DNA from: Octopus sinensis
Taxonomy: Eukaryota
Assembly: GCF_006345805.1 (NCBI RefSeq)
Contig: NW_021835004.1
Coordinates: 1-43,171 of the forward strand
Length of the DNA: 43,171 nt
Direction: 5' to 3'
Shown one piece after another: positions 42,126 to 43,171 of this stretch (positions are counted from its first letter, which is position 1; each line of letters opens with the position of its first letter). Position numbers and translations under genes: made by a program. The notes under the pieces were generated by a model. It had not been told where the DNA came from. It worked only from the letters and a program-made list of their open reading frames with translations, and did not search any database.

Positions 42126-42325
42126 AGGCAAGATCATGTGGTCCCGGGTTCGTTTCACAGTACGGACATACTGTCTTATAATAATGTTTCCTGTCAATCG
42201 TGAAATCGTGTAGACCAAGGATCTCAGCCATTTCTAATGCATTGAGCCCTTTGATTTCAACTTTATTCCGATGGGTCCCCACAGCCATTCGAAGTTTACA
42301 AACCAATACAGACATATATCCAAAG

Positions 42326-42685
42326 CAGGGGTTCTAACCATTTTCTATGCATGGAAAACTTTGATTTCTACTGCATTCTGATGGACCCTCCCGTAGCTAT
42401 TCGAGGTTTATAAACTAGTTTCTTAGAAACTTCTTTCAAAATTCCTATTTTGTTTTCCATAGATTAACTTGTGTAGGTTGAACTGTGTAAAATGTTAGAC
42501 AAAGAAGTCTAGCTGTTTCTGCCGATACATGTCAATACATACTTCTAAATTTTATGGACCGCTTTGATTGCTGTTTTATTCTGGTGGAACCCAACTGCCA
42601 TTCGATGTTGAAAAACTAGTTTTATAGAAACTACATTCAAAATTCCTATTTTGTTTCTTATACATTAACTTGTGTAGTTTGAACT
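42326..42685 (+). mobile_element. Possible hAT-like non-autonomous element with a ~105-bp internal direct repeat (period ~200 bp)
   Basis: Starts CAGGGGTTCTAACC (Charlie-like end); 42380-42483 similar to 42581-42685. Confidence 0.4.
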
Positions 42686-42914
42686 CTTTTACTCTTTTAC
42701 TTGTTTCAGTCATTTGACTGCGGTCAATCATTTGACTGTGTTGGGGGGACAAACACAGACATGCAAACACACACACACACACACACGCACACACACACAG
42801 AGAGACACACAGAGACACACAGAGACACACAGAGACACACACAGACACACACACAGACACACACACAAACACACACACAAACACACACACACACACATAC
42901 ACACACACACACAC

Positions 42915-42962
<48 letters not shown>

Positions 42963-43105
42963 TACAACGGGCTTCTTTCAGTTTCCGTCGACCAAATCCA
43001 CTCACAAGGGTTTGGTCGGCCCGAGGCTATAGTAGAAGACACTTCCCCGGAACCATGTGGTTGGTAAGCAAGCTACTTACCAACACAGCCACTCTTGCGC
43101 CTATA
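42686..43105 (-). mobile_element. SINE B copy with an expanded internal microsatellite
   Basis: ttttacttgtttcagtcatttgactgcgg..gcttctttcagtttccgtcgacc..ctacttaccaacacagccactcttgcgcct. Confidence 0.85.
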
Positions 43106-43171
43106 TATTACGTTAAGACGTTTTCCATGAATTCTACGTATTTTGAAATGTTCTGAAAGGTTTATGTAACG

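Overview
AT-rich, microsatellite-saturated eukaryotic non-coding DNA. The SINE families and the density of simple repeats suggest an Octopus-like coleoid cephalopod (inference from pattern recognition, not a database hit). I find no convincing host gene exon. The long low-complexity ORFs are translations of microsatellites. Real coding remnants are all transposon-derived: a ~2.4 kb 5'-truncated L1/Tx1-clade LINE embedded in (TCTA)n, CR1-group 3' fragments, two RTE 3' fragments in inverted orientation, two decayed Penelope-like elements (one with an internal inversion), and a mariner remnant. At least four tRNA-derived SINE families (my labels A-D) are present in about 30 copies. The most notable signal is about 11 minimal type-I hammerhead-ribozyme-like motifs with palindromic helix III. 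Several have intact catalytic cores, they show three alternative pairs at core positions 3-8 (C-G, U-A, G-C), and most lie in short non-coding modules ending in a U-rich tail and (TA)n. Two SINE families also share 3' tails with LINEs in the same window (SINE-B with CR1, SINE-A2 with Tx1).
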